Shown: in pieces, positions 1 to 10,703 of the stretch
Layout: the number at the start of each line of letters is the position of its first letter
Position numbering within the stretch: position 1 is the stretch's first letter
Assembly (NCBI RefSeq): GCF_963515875.1
Contig: NZ_CAUPZX010000004.1
Location: 8,461-72,460, forward strand
DNA length: 64,000 nt
From: an uncultured Gemella sp.
GTDB lineage: Bacteria; Bacillota; Bacilli; Staphylococcales; Gemellaceae
Reading direction: 5' to 3'
Translations under genes and position numbers: made by a program
The notes under the pieces: model-generated
What the model was told of the DNA's origin: nothing
What the model saw: the letters and a program-made list of their open reading frames with translations, nothing else
Databases searched by the model: none

Positions 1-2
1 AA

Positions 3-335
3 GAGCCTGTTTCATTAGAAACACCAATTGGTGAAGAGGATGATTCACATTTAGGAGATTTCATTGAAGACAAAGAAGCACAATCTCCAGTAGAGCATGC
101 AGCAAATGAATTATTAAAAGAACAACTAGAAGAGATTTTAGAAACACTTACTGACCGTGAAGAAAATGTTCTAAAATTACGTTTTGGTCTGAAAGATGGT
201 AAGACTCATACTCTAGAAGAAGTTGGTAGTGCATTTGGTGTAACTCGTGAACGTATTCGTCAAATCGAAGCAAAAGCTATAAGAAAATTAAAACACCCAT
301 CGAAGTTAAATAAGCTAAAAGGTTTTATGGAGTAA
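3..335 (+). CDS. rpoD: RNA polymerase primary sigma factor, 3' part (gene starts before window)
   Basis: Frame from base 3 reads [23 protein letters not shown]...[30 protein letters not shown] (sigma-70 regions 3.2-4); TAA at 333-335. Confidence 0.95.
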   Translation, partial: EPVSLETPIGEEDDSHLGDFIEDKEAQSPVEHAANELLKEQLEEILETLTDREENVLKLRFGLKDGKTHTLEEVGSAFGVTRERIRQIEAKAIRKLKHPSKLNKLKGFME

Positions 336-388
336 GTTTTGGCATAATCAATTTTATGGGAAGTATAATTTGAAAAGTTATTATGAAT

Positions 389-518
389 ACTCATAGACAT
401 AGTGATTTATTGATATTTAAATTCATTTTTATAAAAAGTTTTTAGATATATAGTAAATTTTGTGGGAGTGACTTAACAAAATCGATTTCTAAGAAATCAT
501 GATTTTTGAGTCACTCCC
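389..518. repeat. Dispersed palindromic repeat, copy A
   Basis: Core GGGAGTGACTTAA...TTGAGTCACTCCC at 464-518 followed by a T-run; the 5' extension ACTCATAGACATAGTGATTTATTGAT is shared with the copies at 25164 and 33714. Confidence 0.85.
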
Positions 519-817
519 TTTTTTTATTTCTTGGTTGTCTATATGCTAAATTTATAAATTTAATATATATTTAGTTATGAATATATATTAACTGGGATGT
601 TTTTTTATTTACATATTATAGAATATATATAAAGTAAATATTAATATAATAAGGTAAATATAATTTTGTTATAAAACAAATTATAATAATTATATAAAAA
701 TATATCTTTGTAAACAAAAGTACTTGATTTTCAATGGATGAAATGTATTGATTTTAAAAAGGTGTTATTATACAATAAAAATGAAGATTGAAATAAAAAT
801 TTAAGGAGGAAATTATT

Positions 818-2242
818 ATGGAGAAAGTAGAAAAAATGAAACATCCTAAAGGTCTTCATCTTGTGAATATAACTACTGTTATACAAAATTTTTATGCTTA
901 TGGAATAATAGGTTTTTTAGTATTATTCTTTACTACAAGTACAGCCGAAGGTGGTCTTGGTTTAGAAAAAGGTTTTGCTGTAACATTATATGGTTACTAT
1001 GCAGCAGCAGGATATATGATGGCACTTGTCGGTGGTTGGTTAGCGGATAAGTACCTAGGTCTTCAGAAATCAATTATATTAGGGACGGTATTTAGTTGTG
1101 TTGGTTATATTGCTCTTTATTTTTCTACTGGTGAATTATGGACGGTAATAGCGAGCTTGATTTTATTACTTGTTGCAGCTGGTATAGGTAAAGGAAATAT
1201 TAGTGCGATAGTTGGAGCATTGTACGAACGTGATCAAGTAACCTTGAAAGATGCAGCATATAGTATTTTCTATATGGCAATTAACATTGGTAGCTTATTC
1301 GGTCCTATTGTATTTGGATTAATTACGGATAGTTGGTTTGCTAATGTAGCAAATGATGGAAAAATCATTGCTTATGGGTATCGTGTAGGTTTCTTAGCAG
1401 CAGCGGCATTAGCATTTTTGCAGTTTGCAGTATTCACATTTTTTGCACCTACTTGGTTAAAAGATAAAGGAAAATACCCAACAGCTAGTAAAGGTGCTAA
1501 AAAATCTGTAAATCATCCATTAACAAAAATTGATATGGATAGAATGAAGGCTATGGCGGTAATGTTTGTTTTCTCAACGTTATTCTGGGCTGCTTGGTTC
1601 CAAACACAGACATCATTTACAATCTTAACTCAAAAAGCTGTAGATAGAAATATTTTCGGTTGGACAGTACCGACACCGTGGTTAGTATCATTTAATGGTT
1701 TATTGTGTGCTATTTTAGCTCCTGTATTTGGTGCTTTTTGGATTAAATTAAGTAAAACAAAACGAGGAGATTTAGATACTGGTACGAAAATGGGACTAGG
1801 AATGATTATTTCAGGATTAGCCTTTGTAGTAATGGTTTTAGGATTAAATACTATTAACGGAGATGTAGAAAGTGGAATGAAAATCAACATAGTATATATT
1901 CTTGTGACATATGTATTATTAACAGTTGGTGAATTATTCCTTTCTCCAATAGGTATGGCGATGTTTAACAAACTTGCACCAGCTAAATATGCTTCATTAG
2001 CAATGGGTATCTGGTACTTAACGTTCTCATTAGCAAATATTATCTCAGGATATTTAGCAAGTTTAACTGTAAAATTGAATTATACACAAGTATTTACATT
2101 TATTGGAGGGGTAGTAATTGTACTTGGTGTAGTTTTAGTTTTACTTAAAGGATATCTTAATAAATATATGCATATCGATAAACTAGAAGAAGAAGCTAAG
2201 GAAATGGCTGAAACTGAAGAAGTAGAAGTAACTGTAGAGTAA
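818..2242 (+). CDS. POT/PTR-family proton-dependent oligopeptide MFS transporter (DtpT-like)
   Basis: KHPKGL start, GGWLADKYLG and FSIFYMAINIGS-like (YSIFYMAINIGS) motifs, GELFLSPIG; many TM helices; SD AAGGAGG. Confidence 0.9.
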   Translation: MEKVEKMKHPKGLHLVNITTVIQNFYAYGIIGFLVLFFTTSTAEGGLGLEKGFAVTLYGYYAAAGYMMALVGGWLADKYLGLQKSIILGTVFSCVGYIALYFSTGELWTVIASLILLLVAAGIGKGNISAIVGALYERDQVTLKDAAYSIFYMAINIGSLFGPIVFGLITDSWFANVANDGKIIAYGYRVGFLAAAALAFLQFAVFTFFAPTWLKDKGKYPTASKGAKKSVNHPLTKIDMDRMKAMAVMFVFSTLFWAAWFQTQTSFTILTQKAVDRNIFGWTVPTPWLVSFNGLLCAILAPVFGAFWIKLSKTKRGDLDTGTKMGLGMIISGLAFVVMVLGLNTINGDVESGMKINIVYILVTYVLLTVGELFLSPIGMAMFNKLAPAKYASLAMGIWYLTFSLANIISGYLASLTVKLNYTQVFTFIGGVVIVLGVVLVLLKGYLNKYMHIDKLEEEAKEMAETEEVEVTVE

Positions 2243-2250
2243 GAAATTTA

Positions 2251-2340
2251 AATAAAAATCAAGGTAGAAATGATATACATACATTTCAGTGGTTTATCCA
2301 ATGAAAGAATATATATCATTATGAATACCTTGATTTTATT
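2251..2340. terminator. Long imperfect inverted repeat between convergent genes (probable bidirectional terminator)
   Basis: AATAAAAATCAAGGTA...TACCTTGATTTTATT with inner pairings AATGATATA/TATATCATT. Confidence 0.55.
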
Positions 2341-2375
2341 TTTTTATATAAATTTTGTATTATGTGTATTATTAA

Positions 2376-2636
2376 TTAATAATGAATAAAAATATCACCA
2401 TGTTCATTTGCTGGTTTGAATAATGTTATTATAAACGTAAAGAAAGCTATTATTGATGGTATAAAAGTCCAACAAAATAAAAGGCACATTATCCCTTTAA
2501 AGTTTTTTCCAATATAAAAGTATTGAATACCAATATGACCTAAAAAGAAAGTGATAATAAGAAAAACTACTTTATTAACATATCTTCCAGGAATATAACC
2601 TCGGTTCATGTTTGGATCGTAATAATATTTGGTCAT
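2376..2636 (-). CDS. TM2-domain small membrane protein
   Basis: FFLGHIGIQYFYIG...GIMCLLFCWTFIPSII is the TM2 pattern; SD GGAGG upstream. Confidence 0.8.
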   Translation of the reverse strand: MTKYYYDPNMNRGYIPGRYVNKVVFLIITFFLGHIGIQYFYIGKNFKGIMCLLFCWTFIPSIIAFFTFIITLFKPANEHGDIFIHY

Positions 2637-2795
2637 GAAATGTCCTCCATTTAGGAATTATTTAAGGATAATACTAACACAAAATATAATAGTATTCAAT
2701 AGATAGCTAGGAAATAATTTTCAAGTTTTGTTGATTAAATAATACATAAAGAAAAAGTACTTAACCAAATGAAATAGTTAAGTACTTTTTAGTAT

Positions 2796-3182
2796 TTATC
2801 TTTTTGTTTTTAGATTTTCTTTCCAATCTTGAAGACCATTTTTTAACATGTATACATTAGTATAACCGTGCTTTTTAAGAGTTAATGCAGCACGAGGTGC
2901 TAAAGTTCCGTTTTTATCACAAAGATAAATCGGTTGATCTTTTCTTAAAGATGTATATAGGAAATTAAATTGAGATGAAGGCATATTACGAGCTCCATTG
3001 ATATGAGCGTATTTAAAATCTTCTTTTTCTCTAACATCAATTAATTGAACTTTTCTAAGGTCTTTTCTAAATTCTTCATAAGGAAGTTTTGTAACTGCAC
3101 CTTTTAATCTAAAGTAATTAAAAAGTCCAACTGCTCCTAAAACAACCACTAAAACTATTGTTGATAGTAAAAATGATGACAT
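2796..3182 (-). CDS. Membrane-anchored rhodanese-like domain protein
   Basis: N-terminal TM helix, LIDVRE..F...HI.GA.N.P, IYLC, terminal LKNGLQDW. Confidence 0.85.
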   Translation of the reverse strand: MSSFLLSTIVLVVVLGAVGLFNYFRLKGAVTKLPYEEFRKDLRKVQLIDVREKEDFKYAHINGARNMPSSQFNFLYTSLRKDQPIYLCDKNGTLAPRAALTLKKHGYTNVYMLKNGLQDWKENLKTKR

Positions 3183-3305
3183 AATGAACTCCTTTATATT
3201 GTAATATCTGTAAATGAATTATATCATAATTTGAAAATTTCTTCAACATTGATTATAATTATATATGAATACTAAAAGTACAAAATTAATTTATTTGGAG
3301 ATAAA

Positions 3306-4061
3306 ATGATTACATCAGTAAGCAATAAGAAAATTAAAGATATACAAAAATTAAAAGAGAATAAAAATATAAAAAAATATGGATTATATTTGATAGAAGG
3401 GAGGCACTTAGTAGAGGAAGCGATAGAAGCTAATGTAGTAGAAGAAATTATTATCTCGGAAAATTATGAGGAATTTTCTTTGATAGAAGCTTTCAGTGGA
3501 GAAATAACAAAAGTATCAAATAGTGTCATGAAAAACATATCTGATACTATTACATCACAAGGAATAATAGCTATATGTAAAGTAGTAAATAAAGAACTAG
3601 AAATTAATAAATATAGTAAAGTTTTGATATTGGATAGGATTCAAGATCCTGGTAACTTGGGAACTATTATTAGAACAGCAGATGCATTTGATTTTGATTG
3701 TATAATACTTGGGAAGGGAACAACGAGCTTATATGGACAAAAAGTTATAAGAAGTACGCAAGGGAGTAACTTCCATATTGATTGTTTTGATAATGTTGAA
3801 TTGGTAAAATTATTAGATGAAATGAGTGAATTTAATATTTTTGCAACAAGTTTGAAGGCAGATAAATATATAGAGCAATTAAATAATATTAGTGGAAAAG
3901 TTGCAGTAGTATTCGGAAATGAAGGTGCAGGCGTTAGTGAAGATATTTTAGAAAAGGTAAATAACTTACTTAAAATATCTATGCCAGGTCGAGCGGAGAG
4001 TTTAAATGTTTCTATTGCAGCTGGAATTGTTATGCATTATATTTCCACTAATTTGAAATAA
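3306..4061 (+). CDS. TrmH/SpoU-family RNA methyltransferase
   Basis: LDRIQDPGNLGTIIRTA, FGNEGAG, ESLNVSIAAGI SPOUT motifs. Confidence 0.92.
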   Translation: MITSVSNKKIKDIQKLKENKNIKKYGLYLIEGRHLVEEAIEANVVEEIIISENYEEFSLIEAFSGEITKVSNSVMKNISDTITSQGIIAICKVVNKELEINKYSKVLILDRIQDPGNLGTIIRTADAFDFDCIILGKGTTSLYGQKVIRSTQGSNFHIDCFDNVELVKLLDEMSEFNIFATSLKADKYIEQLNNISGKVAVVFGNEGAGVSEDILEKVNNLLKISMPGRAESLNVSIAAGIVMHYISTNLK

Positions 4062-4129
4062 TAAATTTACTATTTATAGTAAGTGTGGTATTATTGTTAA
4101 TGTGAAAATAATAAGAGAGGTGAAATCTA

Positions 4130-5083
4130 ATGTTAAAAACTCTAGCAGTAGATAAAAAAGGAAATATTCTTACAGAAGTAAGTTTAGAAAGACTTAAAGA
4201 GCAAGATATAGCGTGGTATTGGGTTGATTTCGATAGTCCAACACGAAGTGAAATTAATTTACTATCAACATTTTTCAAGTTCCATGAACTTTTAATTGAA
4301 GACTGTTTAACTCTTTTACAAAGACCAAAAATTGAAATAACAAGACAACAAATATTCTTAGTATCGCATGTACTTAAAAATATTGATGATGACTACGAGA
4401 CATTGAATATGTTTGTTGGTAAAAATTATATTGTAACGTTCCACCTCTCACACATACGTTACGTAAATAAAATAATACCAAAAGTACTTCAGCGTGGTGC
4501 AGAATATTCACCTTTACATGTAATGCACATGCTTGTATCAGAAATAGTAGAAGGATATATGCCGATTATCTCAAAAATTGAAAATCGTTTAGATGAAATC
4601 GAAGAGTCTGATTCATATACAGCAGGAAGTAAGATTATGGATGAGGTATTTGATCTTCGAAGTGATTTATTAAAACTAAGAAGAGGTTTATTACCAATGC
4701 GTGAGCTTATTCATAGATTTTTAGTTTCGCGTCGTGTAGAGATGACAGATAACGATAGAAAATATTTCCACGATATTTATGATGACCTTGTTCAACAGAC
4801 AGAGATAATTGAAGCGAACCGTGAATTAGCCAGTGATATTCGTGAAAACTTCATGACATACAACTCACTTAAATCTAATAATATTATGATGACACTAACT
4901 GTTATATCTACGATTTTCTTACCATTAACCTTCATTGTAGGATGGTATGGTATGAACTTCAAGTATATGCCGGAATTAGAATGGGAATATGGTTACTTCT
5001 TAGTTGTAGCTATAATGTTTGGTATCGCGTTTGGTATGTTGTGGTTCTTTAAGAAAAAAGGATGGCTTGATATGTTTAAATAA
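4130..5083 (+). CDS. corA: CorA-family Mg2+/Co2+ transporter
   Basis: C-terminal TLTVISTIFLPLTFIVGWYGMNF and MPEL signature. Confidence 0.92.
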   Translation: MLKTLAVDKKGNILTEVSLERLKEQDIAWYWVDFDSPTRSEINLLSTFFKFHELLIEDCLTLLQRPKIEITRQQIFLVSHVLKNIDDDYETLNMFVGKNYIVTFHLSHIRYVNKIIPKVLQRGAEYSPLHVMHMLVSEIVEGYMPIISKIENRLDEIEESDSYTAGSKIMDEVFDLRSDLLKLRRGLLPMRELIHRFLVSRRVEMTDNDRKYFHDIYDDLVQQTEIIEANRELASDIRENFMTYNSLKSNNIMMTLTVISTIFLPLTFIVGWYGMNFKYMPELEWEYGYFLVVAIMFGIAFGMLWFFKKKGWLDMFK

Positions 5084-5105
5084 CATTATCAAGTAGGTTG
5101 AAACA

Positions 5106-5312
5106 ATGCATATTTTTAAATTAATGATTTTATTTTTTATGATATTACTTGCGAATTTTTCAATGATACGAATAGATTTTGGGAAGTTTTTCAAGAAAAA
5201 TAGTACAAAAGAAATCAAAGTTTTTGTGATATTAATTTCTTTTGCACTAGGGTATCTAGGATATATGACAATTATTACAATTTATGAGTTGTCTTTAAAT
5301 TTAGTAAAATAA
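5106..5312 (+). CDS. Small two-TM membrane protein (DUF1146-like)
   Basis: 68 aa, two hydrophobic segments flanking IDFGKFFKKN; packed between corA and the next gene. Confidence 0.6.
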   Translation: MHIFKLMILFFMILLANFSMIRIDFGKFFKKNSTKEIKVFVILISFALGYLGYMTIITIYELSLNLVK

Positions 5313-5331
5313 TTTTAGGAAGGGGAATTAT

Positions 5332-6480
5332 ATGGGAAAAAATTTGGATAAACAGAAAGATGAAACTAGATCAGAAGTGTCGCGTGAAGACAAACTATTA
5401 GCGTTTATTGGTGGTAAATTTATAATTTATATATTACTAATAGTTATTTTATTAGGTATAGCAATATATCTATATACGGAAATTTCTTATATCTTCACAC
5501 CTATAAGCACAATAGTATCAAGTATAATAACACCTATAATAGTAGCCTATGTATTCTATTATATGCTGAATCCACTAGTTAACTTTTTTTCTAAAAAAGT
5601 ATCTAGATTTTCGGCGAGTTTATTAGCAATTTTAGTAGGTATAATTACAATTTTAATTGTTATCATTGGTGTTGTTCCAATAATTGTTGAACAAACGCAA
5701 AATTTGATAACAGCATTACCGAGGTATATTGAAATAGTAAAAGGTTACTTGGAAACATATTCAGATAATGCTTATGTTCAAGTAGTTGTAGAATATGTTA
5801 ATACAAATTTAAATGTATCAAAAATAAGTGAAAGATTAGTTGGTATAGCAACATCTATTGCACAGGGAATAGTATCTTCAATTTCCTCTACTGCATCAGT
5901 ATTAGTAACAATGCCATTTGTGCTTTTCTTCTTATTAAAAGATGCATCTAAGTTTAATAAATTCGTTATAAGTTTATTGCCAGCTAAATTAGAGAGATCA
6001 GTTGAGGAGACGATTGATGAAATTAATGAAAAAGTTGGATCTTATATTCAAGGGCAAATGCTAGTTTCATTATGTATTGGAGTTATGCTATTTATTGGAT
6101 ATAATATAATAGGACTACATTATGCGTTTTCTCTAGCTACAATAGCAGCATTTTTAAGTATAGTTCCTTACTTGGGACCGGTGATAGCTATTACGCCTGC
6201 TATGTTAGTTGCTGCATCAACAAGTTGGGTTATGATAGTGAAAATGCTTGTTGTATGGGGAATAGTCCAGTTCTTAGAAGGGAACATTATTTCACCTAAT
6301 ATTATGGGTAGAAGTATGAATATGCATCCTCTTACTGTGATTTTTGTAATATTGATAGGGGTCAATATTTCGGGTGTTGTAGGAGCGATTTTAGGAATTC
6401 CTGTATATTCTATTTTGAAGGTTTTAATTGTTAGGTTATTACTTTCATTGAAGGAAAGATACAATAAATTTTATGGCTAG
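5332..6480 (+). CDS. AI-2E family (UPF0118) transporter
   Basis: YYMLNPLV, FFLLKD, YIQGQ, VPYLGP, QFLEGNIISPNIMG..MHPL motifs. Confidence 0.9.
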   Translation: MGKNLDKQKDETRSEVSREDKLLAFIGGKFIIYILLIVILLGIAIYLYTEISYIFTPISTIVSSIITPIIVAYVFYYMLNPLVNFFSKKVSRFSASLLAILVGIITILIVIIGVVPIIVEQTQNLITALPRYIEIVKGYLETYSDNAYVQVVVEYVNTNLNVSKISERLVGIATSIAQGIVSSISSTASVLVTMPFVLFFLLKDASKFNKFVISLLPAKLERSVEETIDEINEKVGSYIQGQMLVSLCIGVMLFIGYNIIGLHYAFSLATIAAFLSIVPYLGPVIAITPAMLVAASTSWVMIVKMLVVWGIVQFLEGNIISPNIMGRSMNMHPLTVIFVILIGVNISGVVGAILGIPVYSILKVLIVRLLLSLKERYNKFYG

Positions 6481-6726
6481 GGACAAATAATAAATTTAAA
6501 TTTTAAATATAATTTTAAGCAACTTTAGAAGTATAGTTTTCAACGAAACTATAATTTGAAAGTTGCTTTTTATTTATACTTATATTATTAAAGTTTGAAT
6601 AAATATTGATCCAATAATAAAATTGGTTTGAAAATATTATATTTTAAAGTAGTAAATCAGTTTCAAAACATATGAAAATATGATATAATGATGTAGTTAA
6701 ATATAAGTAAGTTGAGGTTTGAGAAT

Positions 6727-7149
6727 ATGAGTATGATGAAAAAATTCAATAATCTTTTTGTGAGTGAAGATGATTTTGAAGATGAAGTAGTAGAAAAAGA
6801 AGAAGTTAGAACAGAACAACCAAAGCCAAGAGTTGTTAAAAAGGAGAATCCAGTGGTTAGCAAACAAAATATTCAAAGTCAACCAACAGGTAGAACTAAT
6901 AATGTAATACTAACAGAACCATTAGTTTTTGCGGATAGTAAAGATATTGTTGATGACATTAAACGCAATAAAGTAGTTATTATTAATCTAAGTAAACTAG
7001 ATGTTGAGACTTCTGATAGATTATTAGATTTTATTTCAGGGGGGATTTATGCGCTAGGTGCAAGATTAAAAACTATTGGAGAGGATATTTACCTTTGTGT
7101 TCCTAATGGAGTTGAAGTATCAGGTGACTTTTACGAAGGAGAGTATTAA
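6727..7149 (+). CDS. sepF: Cell division protein SepF
   Basis: EP..FADSKDIVD, VIINL, RLLDFISG..YALG, IYLCVP; start moved to ATG 6727 after SD GAGG. Confidence 0.9.
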   Translation: MSMMKKFNNLFVSEDDFEDEVVEKEEVRTEQPKPRVVKKENPVVSKQNIQSQPTGRTNNVILTEPLVFADSKDIVDDIKRNKVVIINLSKLDVETSDRLLDFISGGIYALGARLKTIGEDIYLCVPNGVEVSGDFYEGEY

Positions 7150-7151
7150 TA

Positions 7152-7433
7152 TTGCTAAATATAACAGAGTATTATTGGGTATTTAAATTTATAAGATATT
7201 TATTTAATTTCTATGAATATAGTATGTTTGCTTATATCTTAAGTTCATGGGTTCCACAAATAAAAAATAACATTATAGTAGAATTTCTTGAGGTAATCTG
7301 CGAGCCATATTTGAAATTATTTAGAAAAATTATTCCACCAATTGGAATGCTTGATATTTCACCAGTTGTTGCTCTTATAGTGTTAAGCTTGTTGCAAAAT
7401 TTCATTGTAACTTTATTATTTAAAACAGTATAG
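7152..7433 (+). CDS. YggT/YlmG family membrane protein
   Basis: YILSSWVP, ICEPYL..FRKIIPPIGMLDISP; follows sepF. Confidence 0.88.
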   Translation: MLNITEYYWVFKFIRYLFNFYEYSMFAYILSSWVPQIKNNIIVEFLEVICEPYLKLFRKIIPPIGMLDISPVVALIVLSLLQNFIVTLLFKTV

Positions 7434-7437
7434 ATTT

Positions 7438-8208
7438 ATGAAGAAAATAAGTTTTTTACAACAAGCATCTATTGAAGAAAGAGAAGTAGTGGAAAAATTA
7501 CTTCAGAGTATTAGTTTTGTTGATAACAGAAATACTGTTACTAAATTTCTAACTAGTTTTGAACAAGTTATTTTAGAAGAGATAGTGGCATACAATTATC
7601 ATGATTTTAGTGTGGAATTTTTTGGTGGATTTAAAGAAGCTGAAAGAAAAAGAGCAAAAATAATTTCTAACGAATATTATGATGTTGATTATGATATAGT
7701 TTGCTTAAGGGCAAAGTTTAACAATAAGTTTAATACTGTAGAACATAGAAATATTTTGGGAGCTGTTCATAATCTAGGTGTAAACTTTAATAGATTTGGT
7801 GATATTATAGTTTTAGAAGATGAAGTATATATTTTTGTAGATGAGGAAATTGCAGATTTTGTAGCGATGGAATTCACAAAAGCAGGAAGAGTTAATTTGA
7901 ATTTTGAAAAAATTAATCTTACTGATGTAAGTATCGAGAAAAAATATGATGATTTTGAAGTAGTAAGTTCTTCTTTTAGAATTGATTCTATCGTTGCTAA
8001 AATTACGAATAAGTCACGTAGTAAGGTTAAAGAGTATCTCGAACAAGATTTTATAAAACTTAATCATGTTGTTATAAAAAATGGTGAAAAAAATTGCAGT
8101 ATCAGTGATATAATTTCAATAAGAAAATATGGAAGATTTATTATAAAAGATCATAAGCAAAATAAGAAAACTCTAAAATACAGAATAACTATATCTAAAT
8201 TAGTTTAA
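7438..8208 (+). CDS. YlmH-like S4-domain RNA-binding protein
   Basis: TKFL, FFGGF..AER, HRNILG, SSFRIDS, ISIRKYGR; synteny with sepF-ylmG. Confidence 0.88.
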   Translation: MKKISFLQQASIEEREVVEKLLQSISFVDNRNTVTKFLTSFEQVILEEIVAYNYHDFSVEFFGGFKEAERKRAKIISNEYYDVDYDIVCLRAKFNNKFNTVEHRNILGAVHNLGVNFNRFGDIIVLEDEVYIFVDEEIADFVAMEFTKAGRVNLNFEKINLTDVSIEKKYDDFEVVSSSFRIDSIVAKITNKSRSKVKEYLEQDFIKLNHVVIKNGEKNCSISDIISIRKYGRFIIKDHKQNKKTLKYRITISKLV

Positions 8209-8469
8209 TTAAAAATTGTAAAATAATATCCACTGTGGAACAGGTAATTATAATTGTTTCATAGTGGACTTTTTTATGTTAAAATACGCTTTTTAGAATA
8301 ATATATATGAAGAAAGTATGGGATTCAGTGTTAAAAGGATTTAAAATGATATTATATGTCTCTATTTTTTATTTTTTATGTAAAAATACGAATATTATGC
8401 TTTACTATATGAAAATGTGTGGTATACTCATAGTATAAAAAAATTTTTAAAAATAAGAGGTAAGTAAAA

Positions 8470-9354
8470 ATGAAAAAATTATTTTTAGCTATTTTTTCTG
8501 TTGTCTTAGTATTTTCTTTACTAGGTTGTTCACAAAAAAGTTCAACTAAAGAAGAAAAGGTTTTAAAACTTGGGGTAGTTCCTAGTAGTAATAGTGAAAA
8601 ATTGGTTGACGATTTAGAACCATTTGCAAAAGCTTTAGGTGAAAAACTAGGAATGAAGGTAGAAGTATTTACTGCAAGTAGTTATATTGGTGTTATAGAA
8701 GGAATAGGAAGCGGTAGTGTTGATTTTGGTTTAGTTCCACCATTCTCTGCTGTTCTTTCAAATAAACAAAGTAATACTAAAAATATACTAGTAGGAACAA
8801 GTAGAACGGGAAAACCTGGATACTATGCTGAAATCTTTGTGAGAAAAGATTCGAATATAAAAAGTTTAGCTGATTTAAAAGGTAAAAAAGTAGCTTTTGT
8901 AGATCCATCTTCAGCATCTGGTTATATTTATGCTGGAGCAATGTTAAAAGATGCAGGTATTGATTTGGAAAAAGATATACAATATCAATTTAGTGGTGGT
9001 CATGATAAGAGTATGCAATTATTGTTAAATAAAGATGTAGATGCTATTGCTAGTTATGAAAATCTTATAAAAAAATATATAAAAGAATTTCCTACGTTAA
9101 ATGAAGATATACATCCTATTTCAAAAAGTGAGTTAATTCCTGGTGTGACGGTGGTTGCTTCGAATAACCTTGATGAAGGAATGAGAAATAAAATAAAACA
9201 AGCTTTATTAGAAGTTCAAAAGGATAAAGAAGCACTTAAAATAATAACTGATCTTTACAATATAATTGGTTTTGAAGAACCTGATGAAAACTCATATAAA
9301 GCAATTGAGAACATATCTGAAAAGATGAATATAGATTTAAATAAGGTTAAATAA
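8470..9354 (+). CDS. phnD: Phosphate/phosphite/phosphonate ABC substrate-binding lipoprotein, copy 1
   Basis: Lipobox LLGC; DLKGKKVAFVDPSSASGYIY, GGHD motifs. Confidence 0.85.
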   Translation: MKKLFLAIFSVVLVFSLLGCSQKSSTKEEKVLKLGVVPSSNSEKLVDDLEPFAKALGEKLGMKVEVFTASSYIGVIEGIGSGSVDFGLVPPFSAVLSNKQSNTKNILVGTSRTGKPGYYAEIFVRKDSNIKSLADLKGKKVAFVDPSSASGYIYAGAMLKDAGIDLEKDIQYQFSGGHDKSMQLLLNKDVDAIASYENLIKKYIKEFPTLNEDIHPISKSELIPGVTVVASNNLDEGMRNKIKQALLEVQKDKEALKIITDLYNIIGFEEPDENSYKAIENISEKMNIDLNKVK

Positions 9355-9818
9355 AGAAATAAAATTTAAAAGTTTAATTAATTTTATTAGGAATTAAATA
9401 ACAAATCGTAATGTTAGGGTGACATTTCAAAGTTATTTAATTTTGTATAAAATTAAATTTAAAAATAAGATAAATTCCCAAAGTCAGTTCCGGTAAGAAA
9501 TCAAAGTGGAAGTTACATTTGGAAATAAGGAAAATAACAATAAAAATATTCCCAAGGTAACTTCTGTTCAAAAAATAGGAAGCTATACTTTGGGAGTTTT
9601 TTTGTAAGGAATCAAAATAAATAAAGATATGACAAATAGACCTGCCAATCACTATTTGATGGTTAAATTCTAGTTTTTTATTTGAACAGAAATTTATTAT
9701 GCTAACTAACAGCTATTTTTTTATTACTAATTTATGAGCGTTTTCATTTTATTTAAGGAAATAATGTGATATACTTTGCTTTATAAAACAAAATATATAC
9801 AAATATGAGGTAAATAAA

Positions 9819-10703
9819 ATGAAAAAAATATTATTGACTATTTTTTCTTTTTTATTGGTATTTTCTTTAATTGGCTGTTCTCAAAAAAGTACAACCAAAG
9901 AAGAAAAAGTTTTAAAACTTGGAGTAGTTCCAAGTAGCAATAGTGAAAAGCTAGTAGATGATCTGACACCATTTGCTAAAGCACTGGGGGATAAACTAGG
10001 GATGAAGGTAGAAGTCTTTACAGCGAGTAGCTATATAGGGGTTATAGAAGGAATAGGTAGTGGAAGTGTAGACTTTGGCTTAGTTCCTCCCTTTTCAGCA
10101 GTTCTTTCTAATAAGCAAAGCAATACAAAAAATCTTCTAGTGGGAAGAAGTACTAGTGGTAAACCTGGTTACTTTGCAGAAGTTTTTGTTAGAAAAGATT
10201 CTAATATAAAGAGTATAGCTGATTTAAAAGGTAAGAAAATAGCATTTGTCGATCCATCTTCAGCCTCTGGTTATATTTATGCGGGAGCAATGATGAAAGA
10301 AGCTGGTATTGATTTAGAAAAAGATATTCAGTACCAATTTAGTGGTGGGCACGATAAAAGTTTACAATTACTACTAAATAAAGATGTTGATGCTGTTGCA
10401 AGTTATGAAAATGTGATTAGAAAATACACTAAAGAATTCCCAACATTAAAAGAGGATATTCATCCAATTGCTAAAAGTGAATTAATCCCAGGAGTAACAG
10501 TAGTTGCATCAAATAATCTTGATGAGGAAACTCAGAAAAAAATTAAACAAGCTTTATTGGAAATTCAAAACGATAAAGAAACTATACAAATTTTAACAAA
10601 TTTATTTAGTATTACAGGTTTTGAAGAACCAAATAATGATGCATATAAAGCTATTGAAAAAATCTCTGAAAAAATGAACATAGATTTAAATAAAGTTAAA
10701 TAA
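9819..10703 (+). CDS. phnD: Phosphate/phosphite/phosphonate ABC substrate-binding lipoprotein, copy 2
   Basis: Same length (294 aa) and colinear close paralogue of 8470-9354. Confidence 0.85.
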   Translation: MKKILLTIFSFLLVFSLIGCSQKSTTKEEKVLKLGVVPSSNSEKLVDDLTPFAKALGDKLGMKVEVFTASSYIGVIEGIGSGSVDFGLVPPFSAVLSNKQSNTKNLLVGRSTSGKPGYFAEVFVRKDSNIKSIADLKGKKIAFVDPSSASGYIYAGAMMKEAGIDLEKDIQYQFSGGHDKSLQLLLNKDVDAVASYENVIRKYTKEFPTLKEDIHPIAKSELIPGVTVVASNNLDEETQKKIKQALLEIQNDKETIQILTNLFSITGFEEPNNDAYKAIEKISEKMNIDLNKVK

